Assembly: GCA_000002445.1 (NCBI GenBank)
Contig: AE017150.2
Coordinates: 800,001 to 864,000, forward strand
DNA: 64,000 nt
Origin: Trypanosoma brucei
Taxonomy: Eukaryota
Reading direction: 5' to 3'
Part shown: positions 8,636 to 20,159 of the stretch, in pieces
Numbering within the stretch: position 1 is the stretch's first letter
Layout of the letters: every line of letters begins with the position of its first letter
The notes under the pieces: model-generated
What the model was told of the DNA's origin: nothing
What the model saw: only the letters and a program-made list of their open reading frames with translations
Database searches by the model: none
Program-made: the position numbers and the translations under genes

Positions 8636-11353
8636 TCACTTACGCCTCTTCGCACGTTGTTTGTCGCGCCGCAACTCGCCCATCTTCTTGCGATCGAGTG
8701 GACCGTTTTTACGTCGACCTCCATTACCCTTTACCGCCTGCGATCGCATGAGCTTTCGTACGCTGAGGTTATTGGCCTTTTCACGCGTACGCGGATCCAC
8801 CTTTCCGCGCTCAATAAGACCACGAAGCATTCGCTGCGCACGGCGCCGCTTACGTTGAACGGCCTCCATCACCTTTTTACCCGGACGCGCGTTCATTTCG
8901 CGGAAGCGAGCACGCTGTGCCTCAACCTCCTCCGCCGTGACAGGTAGTACAACGCGGCAGTTGCGCTGCTCATCTTTCAAAAACCAATCTGGAAGATCTT
9001 CATCATCGTTGAAGGTGTAGCGGTTGATAGATGCATCAAGAATTTCACGACGGCCACGCGGGTCAAGCATCTTTGTGGCGATAGCAAGAGTGCGGGCACG
9101 TACCTCCGGGTCTGTAAGAGCGACGGGAACCTCCTCAAACTCGGTGTCTTTGCTGTTGCCACTGTTGCCCCTCTGACGGCGCTTCTCAGCATTCTCCTTT
9201 AGTGTCTGTTTTCGCTGCTGCCGTACGAGCTCTTGCGTGGTTAGCTTGCCAATGTCTGGTACAATGGCACGCTTGCGACGTGAATCTACACGACCAACAT
9301 TCACCTCAAGATCGCTCCGGTCGTCACTAAAGCGACCATCAGAGAGGTCAGAAACACTGTTCATGTCATCATCGTCATCATCCACACGGGCATCAAAGCG
9401 CATCTTCTTTCTGGTGGATGTGCTACTACCGGCGGTATCATCCCGAAGGGGGCCTGGCGCGCTCATTTCCACTCGGTCCTCCTCAAGACGTTTACTTTTC
9501 TTGCGTCTGTTGCCACTATCACTTCGTGGCATGGGAAATGTATCCCGGAGAACCTTCTCGATGTTGACGTGGTGACGCAACCACTTACTCTGCTTACCTG
9601 CAGCATCAAGAGTAGTTTGGTGCCTTTCCCTCTTGTGACGTGTGGCATCATCTTCACCTTCGTCTTCCCCTTCACTTTCATCTTCCTCAGCACCAGGCTT
9701 GCTAAGGCCCTCTTCGTACAATGCAACGCGGGCCGAACGTTTAGCGGGGATGTAGTTGCCGTAGTTGTCAACATCCACACCATCTTCCTCACCCTCAACA
9801 AGCTGTATGGAGCGGACGAGTCGGCCACTGCCGTCATACTGCTCATCGTCGCCACCTTCCTTCTCATCGCTTCCCACGTCCCAGTCCTTCTCCAAGTTAA
9901 GATTGGCGTTCATAACAGGATTGAGTGGATCATTAAGTCGCTCATCCGGCTCTTCCCAGTGCTTGTCGAGTATGTTAGCAACGTCTGCCTCATCGACGGC
10001 AGCCAGCTTTCCAACAGTGAATCCCTCATCGTCTTCGCCATCCTCGCTAGAGTCTTCTTCACCAACATCACTTCCCTCAACTCCATCTGCATCGTGCGTA
10101 AAACCATCCGCATCTGTCATGTGCTCTGCGCTGGTATTTGGATCATAGTTGATGAGACCTTTGATCTGTTTGAGTTTTCTGTCAACAATCTTTTTCTGCT
10201 TCTTCTTCATTTCCTTGGACTGCTTCTTGCGTAACTCAAGAAGCTCCCTCGCTATCTTTGCAACGCCCTCCGCACTGTCAAAATCAAATTTATCGTCGTC
10301 CTTCTCTTCTTCTTCGTCTTCCTCCGCGATGTCCCCGGCGTTCGCATCACTCGCGGCGCGTTGCTTAAGTTCCCGGGCCTGCTCCCGCAGCAGTTGTTCA
10401 CGCCAGCGTACAAGTCGTCGCAAATCCGCATCCCCAACCTGCTGTAAGTCCCCACAGAGGTACACCAACTCCTTTTTGGAGTGTTTAGACTTTAAAAAGG
10501 CCTTCTCCTCCGGGGTGGTAAAACGCAGCTCGTGGTGGGAACGAAGGAATGCCTTTGGATCACTGCTACTCATAAACTCTGAAAAGGACGCCACGTGTTG
10601 TTGCACCGTAGCAAACTCCTCGTACCCTGCAGGCACATTAGACCTGGGCACCACAAGAGCCCCGGATGGGGTGAGTATTTTTTCCTCCTCCACATCAGAA
10701 AATACCTTCTGCGGATTAAACATCGCAGGGTCCAATTGCTTGGGGGCCTTGTAACCCGCACAAGTCACGAAAATCTCAGCAGACTCCATACGTGAGGCCA
10801 GTGGCTTTGTGGCCTCCACCTTATCAAACAACTGTTTCATCACCCACATGAGCTTATGGAAATCTTGTGACCGAAACACCTTTGTGACGAACCAACCACC
10901 TGGCCGTAACAGTTTGCTAGCCAACTTCGCGGCGTGTAGAACAAGCGAGTTCTGTTCAAACAGATCTCGCGACCACACACCACCAACATTGGGGGCACCA
11001 TCGTGAATAACGCAGTCCACTGGCTCACGTTTGAGATAAGTCATTATAATTTTCTTCGTTTTTTCCTCAGTAATATCGCCCACAAATGTCTTCACGCCTC
11101 GAATGGGTGCAATGGGTACTAAATCCACACCGACTATCTTTGAACCAACGGGCATATGTTTTGCTGCTACTTGGCACCAGCTACCCGGAGCCGCGCAGAG
11201 ATCAACGAGTACGCGACATTTTGAAAGGAAATCATACTTGCGGTTCAGTTGCACAAGTTTGAAGGCGGAACGCGCACGGAAACCCTGATCCTTGGCGAGG
11301 CGGTAATACGCGTCAAGGCGGGTCTTAGCCTTCTTTTTAGATTTGGTACCCAT
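8636..11353 (-). CDS. SPB1: AdoMet-dependent rRNA 2'-O-methyltransferase SPB1/FTSJ3
   Basis: The N-terminal FtsJ domain reads GFRARSAFKLVQLNRKYDFL...VDLCAAPGSWCQVA...HDGAPNVGG...FVTKVFRS. It is followed by a long acidic/Lys-rich SPB1-type C-terminal region, and the 905 aa length is typical of SPB1. Confidence 0.85.
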   Translation of the reverse strand: MGTKSKKKAKTRLDAYYRLAKDQGFRARSAFKLVQLNRKYDFLSKCRVLVDLCAAPGSWCQVAAKHMPVGSKIVGVDLVPIAPIRGVKTFVGDITEEKTKKIIMTYLKREPVDCVIHDGAPNVGGVWSRDLFEQNSLVLHAAKLASKLLRPGGWFVTKVFRSQDFHKLMWVMKQLFDKVEATKPLASRMESAEIFVTCAGYKAPKQLDPAMFNPQKVFSDVEEEKILTPSGALVVPRSNVPAGYEEFATVQQHVASFSEFMSSSDPKAFLRSHHELRFTTPEEKAFLKSKHSKKELVYLCGDLQQVGDADLRRLVRWREQLLREQARELKQRAASDANAGDIAEEDEEEEKDDDKFDFDSAEGVAKIARELLELRKKQSKEMKKKQKKIVDRKLKQIKGLINYDPNTSAEHMTDADGFTHDADGVEGSDVGEEDSSEDGEDDEGFTVGKLAAVDEADVANILDKHWEEPDERLNDPLNPVMNANLNLEKDWDVGSDEKEGGDDEQYDGSGRLVRSIQLVEGEEDGVDVDNYGNYIPAKRSARVALYEEGLSKPGAEEDESEGEDEGEDDATRHKRERHQTTLDAAGKQSKWLRHHVNIEKVLRDTFPMPRSDSGNRRKKSKRLEEDRVEMSAPGPLRDDTAGSSTSTRKKMRFDARVDDDDDDMNSVSDLSDGRFSDDRSDLEVNVGRVDSRRKRAIVPDIGKLTTQELVRQQRKQTLKENAEKRRQRGNSGNSKDTEFEEVPVALTDPEVRARTLAIATKMLDPRGRREILDASINRYTFNDDEDLPDWFLKDEQRNCRVVLPVTAEEVEAQRARFREMNARPGKKVMEAVQRKRRRAQRMLRGLIERGKVDPRTREKANNLSVRKLMRSQAVKGNGGRRKNGPLDRKKMGELRRDKQRAKRRK

Positions 11354-12050
11354 GTCTTAATTTATTTCTCGTTACCGCTGGCTCCCTTTCTCTCCTCTAA
11401 CCTAAATACAGCAGGTGGCCCAACCTCCCTCTTCGTTTGGGTGATTTTACACCTCGCTATCTCTGCTGCAAAAATAATTTTATGAAGTATGCAGCAACCG
11501 CAATATGCTCTCAAATGAGGAAATGAAGAACAACAGATTCAGAGGAAATTAGGTGCAACATGGAAAAAAAAACAGAATAGCAAAAACATTGATGTTTCTC
11601 GAACAAAAAACATCAACAAGAATGAGGCTTCGCAATAGGAAATACAAAAAGAAATGTACAACGAGTAACGTGCATATACGTAAATATATACGCTGGGGAT
11701 GAATCGTTGCGTCATCAAGAGAGTGGCAACCATTTTAAGCATTATTATGGCGTCGACGTCTCACCGTTACGCAACAAATAGAATATATATATGAAACAGA
11801 ACGTATCATAAGAAGATGTCCCTCGAGTGTCTCTTACGCGGCACCAGACACTGACATAGTGATGGGAGGATGGGGAAGTAACAATGTATCGCGAAGGACC
11901 AACCAAATCCATCACGTCAGTGAATTCGTAATGAATAACCCCGCACTATCGACGTTAAAAACAAAAAAATCTTCACTACAAGCGCATACATGCGGCAAGC
12001 GACAGAGGAACCGACGGTCATGATCCGCACGAACTGAAGGTGACTATTAA

Positions 12051-13823
12051 TTACGCAAGCATGCTTGGCGGATGCCCCTTGTAAAACTGCCACGCCTCCG
12101 CGACCAGATTTTCTAACCAGCCTTGACTGCATTTACTCTCGTCGTCAGGAATGTGCTGCAGCTGCAATGATCGCGTGCCTAATGGGTCTTTCAAAAAATT
12201 CAATATCACATCCACCGGTTGTCCAATTACATTGTCGCGTACGCGCGTGAGCAGCACTGCGCAAACATACGCATGGAAATCATGAACAGTCTCACTATTC
12301 AGCACAGCCATGTACTTTTCCCACAGAAGGACCACCAGACGTAGCGGGAGTTCTCGAGCAAGCAAACAGTGTAGCCACTGGAAGCAACAATCCATAAGAG
12401 TAATGCCTTGTGATGTGATGGCATCGAGCACACCGGGGTCCAACACTATAAGAACCCTTTCCATGAGCGCCAAGGTTCTTCGAATGCCCGGTTGACCCTC
12501 CACAAAGTTATCCTGCAACCACGAAAGGAAGAAAGCCCCACAAAGATATGCATCAGCCTCCGCAGTCCTGAGCACCTCCACTGGAAGTCTCTCCATCGCC
12601 TCCCCAAACTTAGCCACGTCATCAGTGTATACAACAGATGGAGATATGCATGCCCGGAAAGTATTTATTCCACTCCCCCTTACACTCTTCTTAACCGTAT
12701 GCTCGTCACCAGCATAACCACCACCACCACCATAACCGCCGTTCCCAACTTTGTCGCCATCGATCTTTATGCGATCATCAGTATGAATATGTTTTCCGCC
12801 ATGTTCATTACGAGGCAGCTGCTCTTCGCACAACACGCGGCCACCATCACAGCAACAGCAGCAAGCGTTGAATTCCACCACGGCTCCCTCCAGAAATACG
12901 GAGAAAAACACTACCATAATGTCATCAATGCCCTGTACGTATCCCACAGCAGGGTAACGCCGGGACCAGAAGAAAAGACAGCGAGCCAACGCAGACACGG
13001 TTTTTGTATGGCGAAAGACAGCTTGCGTGTGTCTTGGAATGTCTGACGCAATCTGCGAGAGGTTTTTGCGATCGTCAGGCGACAAATGCATCTCCATTAA
13101 AGAGCCACCGCCTTGCTGGCTCCAGTCACTCTGCGAGGCACGCCCACGGGGTTGGAGAAAGTCGGTAATTGTTATGGGACAGCACTTGGCCATGACGTAT
13201 TCGTATTCTTCCCGCTTGCGCCGCAGCTCCGTCTGTTGCCGTCCTGCAGAAGCTGGCGCTGGGGGTACGCAGTCGCAAAGCAGGCGCCAAACGGTGGAGC
13301 GGACGGTTCGATCAATAGAGCCACTCCACGCAAGGTCCCGCACTGTCACACGCCCGTCATCGGCTCTACGTACCGCCACATCTCCCAAAGGCGTGTCCAA
13401 CATTGCCCTAACGGCATCTTCATACAAACTACGGGAGGGAGATTCGTCATATTCATTTATATGAGTGCCCCCATCATGACAAGAGGGATGGGTCGACCCG
13501 CTACTACCGCACGTGGATGTTTCATTCGTATTTCTATTAACAATGTACACCGTTCCCCTTTCGACGGCATGGGAGGCGGCGGTACTCGTCACATCCGCGG
13601 AGGGATTAGTTGTACCGATGGCCGAACTACCATTAGCAGGCACGACCACAAAACCGTAAACGCGGTATAATGTTCCGAGTGGTGCCCGCACAGCAGTGCC
13701 GGGACCTTTCGTTACAACCTTTTGTCGACCTGTTAACATGCGCTCAAATTGTGCAACAAATGCTTTCCTTTTATCTTGCTTTACAGTCACAGTTTCACCG
13801 TCCCCTCCACTTTGGTTCGCCAA
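12051..13823 (-). CDS. Rab GTPase-activating protein with a TBC domain
   Basis: The arginine-finger motif IASDIPRHT (IxxDxxR) and the glutamine-finger motif YVQGIDDI (YxQ) are both present. The C-terminal TBC helices follow (LALMERVLIVLDPGV...FQWLHCLLARELPLRLVVLLWEKYM). Confidence 0.7.
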   Translation of the reverse strand: MANQSGGDGETVTVKQDKRKAFVAQFERMLTGRQKVVTKGPGTAVRAPLGTLYRVYGFVVVPANGSSAIGTTNPSADVTSTAASHAVERGTVYIVNRNTNETSTCGSSGSTHPSCHDGGTHINEYDESPSRSLYEDAVRAMLDTPLGDVAVRRADDGRVTVRDLAWSGSIDRTVRSTVWRLLCDCVPPAPASAGRQQTELRRKREEYEYVMAKCCPITITDFLQPRGRASQSDWSQQGGGSLMEMHLSPDDRKNLSQIASDIPRHTQAVFRHTKTVSALARCLFFWSRRYPAVGYVQGIDDIMVVFFSVFLEGAVVEFNACCCCCDGGRVLCEEQLPRNEHGGKHIHTDDRIKIDGDKVGNGGYGGGGGYAGDEHTVKKSVRGSGINTFRACISPSVVYTDDVAKFGEAMERLPVEVLRTAEADAYLCGAFFLSWLQDNFVEGQPGIRRTLALMERVLIVLDPGVLDAITSQGITLMDCCFQWLHCLLARELPLRLVVLLWEKYMAVLNSETVHDFHAYVCAVLLTRVRDNVIGQPVDVILNFLKDPLGTRSLQLQHIPDDESKCSQGWLENLVAEAWQFYKGHPPSMLA

Positions 13824-14715
13824 ACCTTGATGGAGTTATTTAGCCTGACTCTTGCAACGACACTAGAGGCGAATGAACAAAAACAAATAAATACAGCCTC
13901 CGATAGAAGGTGTACAAATATGCAGATATAGGTAGGTGTGAGGGGCCAATAAAATAAACTGAGCGAAAATGCAGCACCTGAATGAAGCGCCGGACGGTCG
14001 ATAAGTTCGCTAACGGGCCTAAAACACCTTACACCGTTGGCCTACAAGATTTGTAAGCATACCATACCATAATGTAATGTGAATATGCATACATGCATTG
14101 AGGTCGCAGAAATTTCAAGGGTTGTGGTAATAGGAAAAAAAAGAAGAGTAAACAAGGAGCATAGGAAGTGAAGAGTGGAGGCAAATCGTCAAGCAAACGT
14201 ATACAAATACATGTACTCAAAATATATATATATATAGAGAGAGAGAGAGGAAGAGAGATGTAGATATAGATATAAGGAGAGTTCGCGGAACACAAGTCAC
14301 AGCAACAGGAAGATATCACCATTGACCACAACAATTAAATAAATAAATATATTCGAACTCCTGGCTTTAGGTGGAGAGAGAAAGTGGATATGAGCATATA
14401 AGAGCCTCCCGTACAGGTAACAGTTTAAGGAGTACGAGAAAGAAAATAAAGCTGATGATGATTATGATAAGCGTGGAGACACGGAAATAAGCCAGCGCAT
14501 AGCATTAACACACATAAACTGCAACACCGAAAAAAAAAAAGTGAAGCATCTCTCATTTCCAGTTACTGCCAAAAAAAAAAAGGAAAAGGGGGAAAAGAAG
14601 AAACCAACCATGCTACAGCGACTTTGAGAAACATAGAAAGGATAACACACCCAAAATATGCCCCTTTCCCTTTCTTTATGTAATTGAATGCAAAAAAGAA
14701 AACATGTACACACAC

Positions 14716-14722
<7 letters not shown>

Positions 14723-14751
<29 letters not shown>

Positions 14752-14752
14752 G
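14723..14752. repeat. (TA)n microsatellite
   Basis: atatatatatatatatatatatatat read directly. Similar (TA)n runs occur at ~15362-15386, 17171-17188, 35979-36000 and 50056-50070. Confidence 0.9.
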
Positions 14753-15787
14753 CATATATACATGCACCACCTTCATCTAATTTTATTGCTGGCGCGTCCC
14801 TTCATATCCTCCGCTTCACCTTCCTTTCCTTCCTTATTTCCCTTCTCTGATGCATCCATCCGTCCGTTCGTTCATTCATCCATGCACTCACTCACACATT
14901 TTGACACAAAATGTATATATAAATATATATATTTATATATACATGTACAAGCACCTGCACATATTTACAAATGCGTTGATATACACATATATACGTAGGC
15001 ATATGCATTACATTATCCATAAATGTATGTGCACCTGTGCACACAAATCAGAAACTACCGTTTCAGCAACTAAAACTTTCGTGCTTCTTTTTTTTTTAAT
15101 TTTTTTTTTTGCTGTTCAATAAAAGCAATAATAATAACAATAATAACAATAGTAAACGCCATCGCTATCCCGTTGCTTCAACACAATCGCCCCGTGATCG
15201 CTACGACCAGAACCATCACGGGGGTTTTAATCTCTCATCTGCTTTCCATAAATTTCTTTAGCACCGTCATACATCATCATCTCTTCTCCTAATCAACCCA
15301 AACTCCTCTTATCCACTACATTTACATCGTGCACATCAGCTCATTTCCATTTACTCCTCCCATATATATATATATATATATATATACAAACACACACGCA
15401 CGCATGCACCTCACCCCTTATTTCATCCCCTCCTTTCCTTCTAATAAAGATATAAACCAAGGAAAAAAAAACAATCAACTCTGAAAGTAGTGATCCTTCA
15501 ACTTCCTCCTTTTCCTTTTTACTTTGTCTTATTATTTCATTTATCGCTTCATTTCTACTTATCTCGCTCATATATATATATATACTCACATACGTACAGA
15601 GGCAATCTTCTTCATGACAATCATCACAGTAACAAAAAAAAATGGTTATAATTAATATATAAACAAAGCAAAGCCCGTTCAGAACGGAAAGAAGACGACA
15701 AATAGGAATAATAAAAGTGGGAAAACAAAAGGAAAACGGAAGGAATATCACCATGTGACAAATAAGAACAAAAAGGAGGAGACGAAC

Positions 15788-16390
15788 TTATTTAGTGAAT
15801 TCCTCCTCTGGTGCACTGTAGTCATAAAATGCCCTGTTGTGCATAATGAGTCGCCCATCAGCGAAGTAAAAACTGTCGCTCGTCATCTCATTGGTGCCCT
15901 TCTCTATTGCCTCGAGCCATTCTGCATTGAATTGCGGCACATCATACACCGCCTCCCATGTATTGCGGGAGTGTGGGATGCAGAAGCCAAATTTAAAATC
16001 AAATGTCTTTACGAGGGTGTTGCGGAAGTAATGTCGTTCAATCATACGAAGATCCGGCACCGGTTTATCGCCGTTGACGCCAAATAAAAGGGTGGCAGAC
16101 ACGCGCTGCTTTCGGAGCATTGATGGCGGGAAGCGGTAAAATATGGTCCGTGCCGCCTGTTGTTGCTCTTCTGGGAGTTGAGCGAGGGATGCCACAGAGG
16201 GATATGTGCTGGCATCTCGCTCTACTTCAAACATAACTTGTTTGGTGTCCGCGTCGCGAACAACGAAGGAATAAAACTCAATATTGTACGTGTTAGCTGT
16301 GATTGGGCAAAGGAACCCAGTGCTCGGTGCCGTCAGCTGCAGCACATGTTCGGGAGTGACCTCGGTCGTCGCAGCCATGATGATAAACAA
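15788..16390 (-). CDS. UNC119: UNC119/HRG4-like lipid-binding protein (GMP-PDE delta fold)
   Basis: ERHYFRNTLVKTFDFKFGFCIPHSRNTWEAVYDVPQFN...SDSFYFADGRLIMHNRAFYDY matches the conserved UNC119 core (HYFR..L.K.FDF.FGFCIP.S.NT.E..Y..P....SDSFYF.D..L.MHN.A.Y). Confidence 0.8.
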   Translation of the reverse strand: MFIIMAATTEVTPEHVLQLTAPSTGFLCPITANTYNIEFYSFVVRDADTKQVMFEVERDASTYPSVASLAQLPEEQQQAARTIFYRFPPSMLRKQRVSATLLFGVNGDKPVPDLRMIERHYFRNTLVKTFDFKFGFCIPHSRNTWEAVYDVPQFNAEWLEAIEKGTNEMTSDSFYFADGRLIMHNRAFYDYSAPEEEFTK

Positions 16391-18320
16391 ATCAAATAGG
16401 TTTTAAGCAGCAATAAAACGGTATAAGTATAATAAGTGTGACAAAACTAATCACAGCACACCCACAATAAAATCGAAAAGAAACTCAGGATTTGGAGGGA
16501 AATAATGAAATAAAAATGAAGGACAGAACAAAAAAAAAGGAGTGCAATAAAAATATCCAGACAGAATTTTTTTGTTCCTCTTTATATTTCTTCAAGTTAC
16601 TCCCTTCCTTCTTTGTTACCTTTTTCTCAAGAATGAGAAATAGGAATACTTTTTGCGTTTAGTTTCGTGTTATTATGGTTGGGTTCCCTGTTGTTGTTTT
16701 TGTTGTTTTCGTCCGTGATGTAGAACTTGATTATTATCTTCTTTTTTTTTCTTTTTACCTTGGCAAACGGTAAATAACAAAACGAAACAATCACCTAAAC
16801 AACTGCGAACAGAAAAGAAAAGAGGGCACAAATTAATGGAAATTAAGTAGAAAGCGCCACCTCCCTATTCACGTGCTGCTTCAATGTTCCGCGTCACGCC
16901 GTGGTTGATTTCTTCCTTTTTCTTTTGGTTTCTTTTCCGCTTGAGTATTATTTTTCTTTTTTGTGATAACAACAACACTCTTTCCTTTCCCTTCCCACTT
17001 TCTTGTCTTTTTTTTAAAATCTGTTTTTTTTGTGTGTGTGCTAGTTCGCTTCCTTTCTGTTCGTTATTTTGGTATACTTCTATTAAACAAAAGCAAAAAC
17101 AAAATAATTGGAAAGAAAGTGAGGAGGTGCGGATAAATGAGCGGATGTAAAAAATATTCAAGAAACGGATATATATATATATATTTATTTATTTATTCAT
17201 TCATTCATCAATATGCCACCAACTGACATAAACAGTTGGAAACGTGATAATACGAAATTTTATTTTAAAAAAACTTTTTTTCGTCTTCAAACAATAGAGA
17301 CGGATTCAAATTAAACACACACAGCAAAGGGGGGCGAGAGAAATAGAAGGTTGGGAAAAGATCACAAGAAAGAAATAAAAAAGGACACGAGGCGCGCCAC
17401 AACAAATTTCCTTCCATCTCTCCCAAACAACAAAAACAAAAAAGGTGGAAATTAAAGTGGAATAATAAAGTAAAACGGAATGGAGAAAACACATGAACGG
17501 AAAGCCTACGTGCGCACAGTACAGTTGTGCGAAAAAAACAACATAACAAACATATAAACCTATAAATAAAGATTTATTTCTGCTGTTATTGCTTTTATAT
17601 TTTTTCCTCCTTCTTTCTCCCATTCATCCCTTCCTTTTCCTCCTCCTCCTCCTAAGCCATAAACGCTATTTAACAAAAATGGAGAAAGAAGAACAAGCAA
17701 AAACACAAAAGAAAAAAAAAGTAATAAGAAAAGAGACAAACAACACAAACTTCATCACCAACAAGAGCAAATCACAAAAAGGAAAAAGAAAATCAATTGC
17801 CCTGTCTCTTGTAGTTTTGTCACTTGCCCTTCTCCCTGTATTTTATTCGAATATACTCATCCTTCCCTTCTTATATACATATACATATTTCTCATTCCTC
17901 CTGTCAGAAAAATCCGCAAATTTTAAGACAAAAAGTAGAGAAAAGTAACCGTAAAAACGTATATGTTGATTAATCAATCATTAACCTATATTTAAATACA
18001 GATATATGCTTCAAGACCTTTTCAAAGCCACCAAAGGTAAACAAAAGGTCATTATATAAAAAAAGAACGGAAGCGACACCAAGGGAGGAAAAGCACTCCA
18101 TGAATTATTTAAATAAATGTAAGTAGAGACAAAAAAGATCGTCAAGCTTCCTACCACAACTTTTTACAAAAAAGATACAACAATAGAGGATCCCCGACCA
18201 TTTCTATTTTATCTCCAGTGTGCAATTACCCCGCCCCTTTTCATTCCCTTGTAAATGTGACCAAGCCTAAAATACCCACAAGTGCATTTCCTTCCGTAAC
18301 CACTTATTGTCTCCCGTTGC

Positions 18321-19538
18321 TTAAGAAGTGGTACCAACAATGCGTGACCACTCATGTTCCACATCACCATATTGAATATCTGTAATCGCCTTTAGAACCC
18401 GATGTGTGAGCGAAGCCCCTGGAGCCGGGCATGGAACATTAAGCAACTCTCCCTTATATGACAGTGCTTCCACAGGGGACACAATAGCAGCCGTCCCACA
18501 GCCAAAGCACTCAAGCACACGTTTCTCCCGTAGCGCAGCAGTGAGCTCGTGAATGGTAAAGGAGCGTTCAGATACACGTGCCTCACCCCACTGCCGCACC
18601 AGCGACAAAATGGAATCTCGCGTCACACCGGGGAGGATCGTGCCATCCAACGGCGCAGTTACAAGTTCCACTTCATTTGAATTTGCAGAAGGACGCCAAA
18701 GACACATGAAATTCATTGCTCCCACTTCTTGCACTTCTTCTCCAGCGCCCAGCCATAACACTTGCTGAAAGCCAAGCTCAGACGCTTCCCGCTGCACCAG
18801 CATAGGCGCAGCGTAGTTCGCGCCAAGCTTCACGTTGCCGACCCCACCAGGCCAGGCACGGCGCCGCTCCTCCTCCACATGAAGTCTCACAGGTTTCATC
18901 CCAGAGGGATAATATGGTCCAACAGGTGAAGCAATCACGAATAACTTCGCTGCAGAACCTGCCACTGCGGAGAGTGTGCTTCCAGTCCCAATTACAGTGG
19001 GTCTCAAGTATAGAGAGTAACCACGCTCACTTGGGACGTAATCACGTTCCACTTTCACAAACTCCTCAATTAACTTTTGCAGTTCGTCAGGGTCAAATCC
19101 AGGGAGACATAAGCGTCGTGTGCTGTCCAGTAGCCGTCGACAGTTACGATCCGGGCGGAAGAGTCGGATATTGCCGTGACTGTCGCGATACGCCTTCATG
19201 CCCTCGAAGCATTGAATGGCATAATGTAAGCAAGCAGTCTGCGGCGGCAATGAAAGGTTCTCAAAGGGAACAATACGTGGTTTGCCCCATTTCCCATTCC
19301 CATCTGCATCAATTACCAACATATGTGGGCTGAAAAGAGTACCAAACATAACTCCCTGCAGTGAAGGAAGTGGCGGTGGATTTGCCACGCGTTGAACAGT
19401 GAGGTCCTTGGCGAGGAAAGTCATAATAAACTGTTGTATTTGCCTGTGGTTCCCAAATATCGAAGTTTCTTTTATCAATAAGTTGTTTATCACTGTCGTC
19501 TGTGTTAGGAATGATAATGATAATAGTAAAGTGAGCAA
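18321..19538 (-). CDS. BCAT: Branched-chain amino acid aminotransferase (class IV PLP aminotransferase), tandem copy 1
   Basis: The BCAT hallmarks are present: FGTLFSPHMLV, GKWGKPRIVPF, LHYAIQCFEGMKAYR, IRLFRPDRNCRRL, SLYLRPTVIGT, SPVGPYY. The first 38 codons upstream of an internal Met (MTFLAK) may be a targeting peptide or a 5' over-extension. Confidence 0.85.
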   Translation of the reverse strand: MLTLLLSLSFLTQTTVINNLLIKETSIFGNHRQIQQFIMTFLAKDLTVQRVANPPPLPSLQGVMFGTLFSPHMLVIDADGNGKWGKPRIVPFENLSLPPQTACLHYAIQCFEGMKAYRDSHGNIRLFRPDRNCRRLLDSTRRLCLPGFDPDELQKLIEEFVKVERDYVPSERGYSLYLRPTVIGTGSTLSAVAGSAAKLFVIASPVGPYYPSGMKPVRLHVEEERRRAWPGGVGNVKLGANYAAPMLVQREASELGFQQVLWLGAGEEVQEVGAMNFMCLWRPSANSNEVELVTAPLDGTILPGVTRDSILSLVRQWGEARVSERSFTIHELTAALREKRVLECFGCGTAAIVSPVEALSYKGELLNVPCPAPGASLTHRVLKAITDIQYGDVEHEWSRIVGTTS

Positions 19539-20159
19539 AATAATGAAAGGTTATCATACAACGGTGCACACAAAACAACATGGGTGACGAACCACTGCAT
19601 AAAAACAAAACGACTTAACAAGGTAGTACTAACAAAATAAAAGAAGGACGCCACTAGCAAAAACGTACGCACAGATACTATACACTGCAGTACGGGCAGT
19701 AATTTTGTTAACGATATATCAGGCAATGTGTAACTGTATAATTTTACATGTGGAGTGTAGAGGTGGTAACGGTCGTACTTGCTTCGTTTCAGCATTTAAC
19801 AATGAAATACAATAAAACCAAGCAGCACAACCGGACTTTGCTGAACGGGAACACAAACATATTATACGAGAAAGTACGCACCACATATACTAGCAGGATA
19901 GCTTGTATGGTATCCAAATGAGTTTGCGATATGGCAAAAATTAAAAATAAAATCCGTATCAGAAACAAAAAAATAGATCAACTTAATGGTTGTGAGTAAC
20001 ATGAATTGCCATTCACAGAAACGTTTTTCAAGTCACTTCAATCCAGAATCTAGTTCGTTTTCTTTTACTTCACAATGTTTCATTCCCTTGTAAATGTGAC
20101 GAAGCCTAAAATACCCACAAGCGCATTTCCTTCCGTAACCACTTATTGTCTCCCGTTGC

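Noticed and set aside
9569-10234. A 221-aa + strand ORF (and others at 9237..9575 and 9765..10148) inside the SPB1 gene
   Set aside because: These are antisense or alternate-frame ORFs within a well-supported minus-strand CDS. The products are hydrophobic/low-complexity with no motifs, and no other + strand gene exists in the polycistron.
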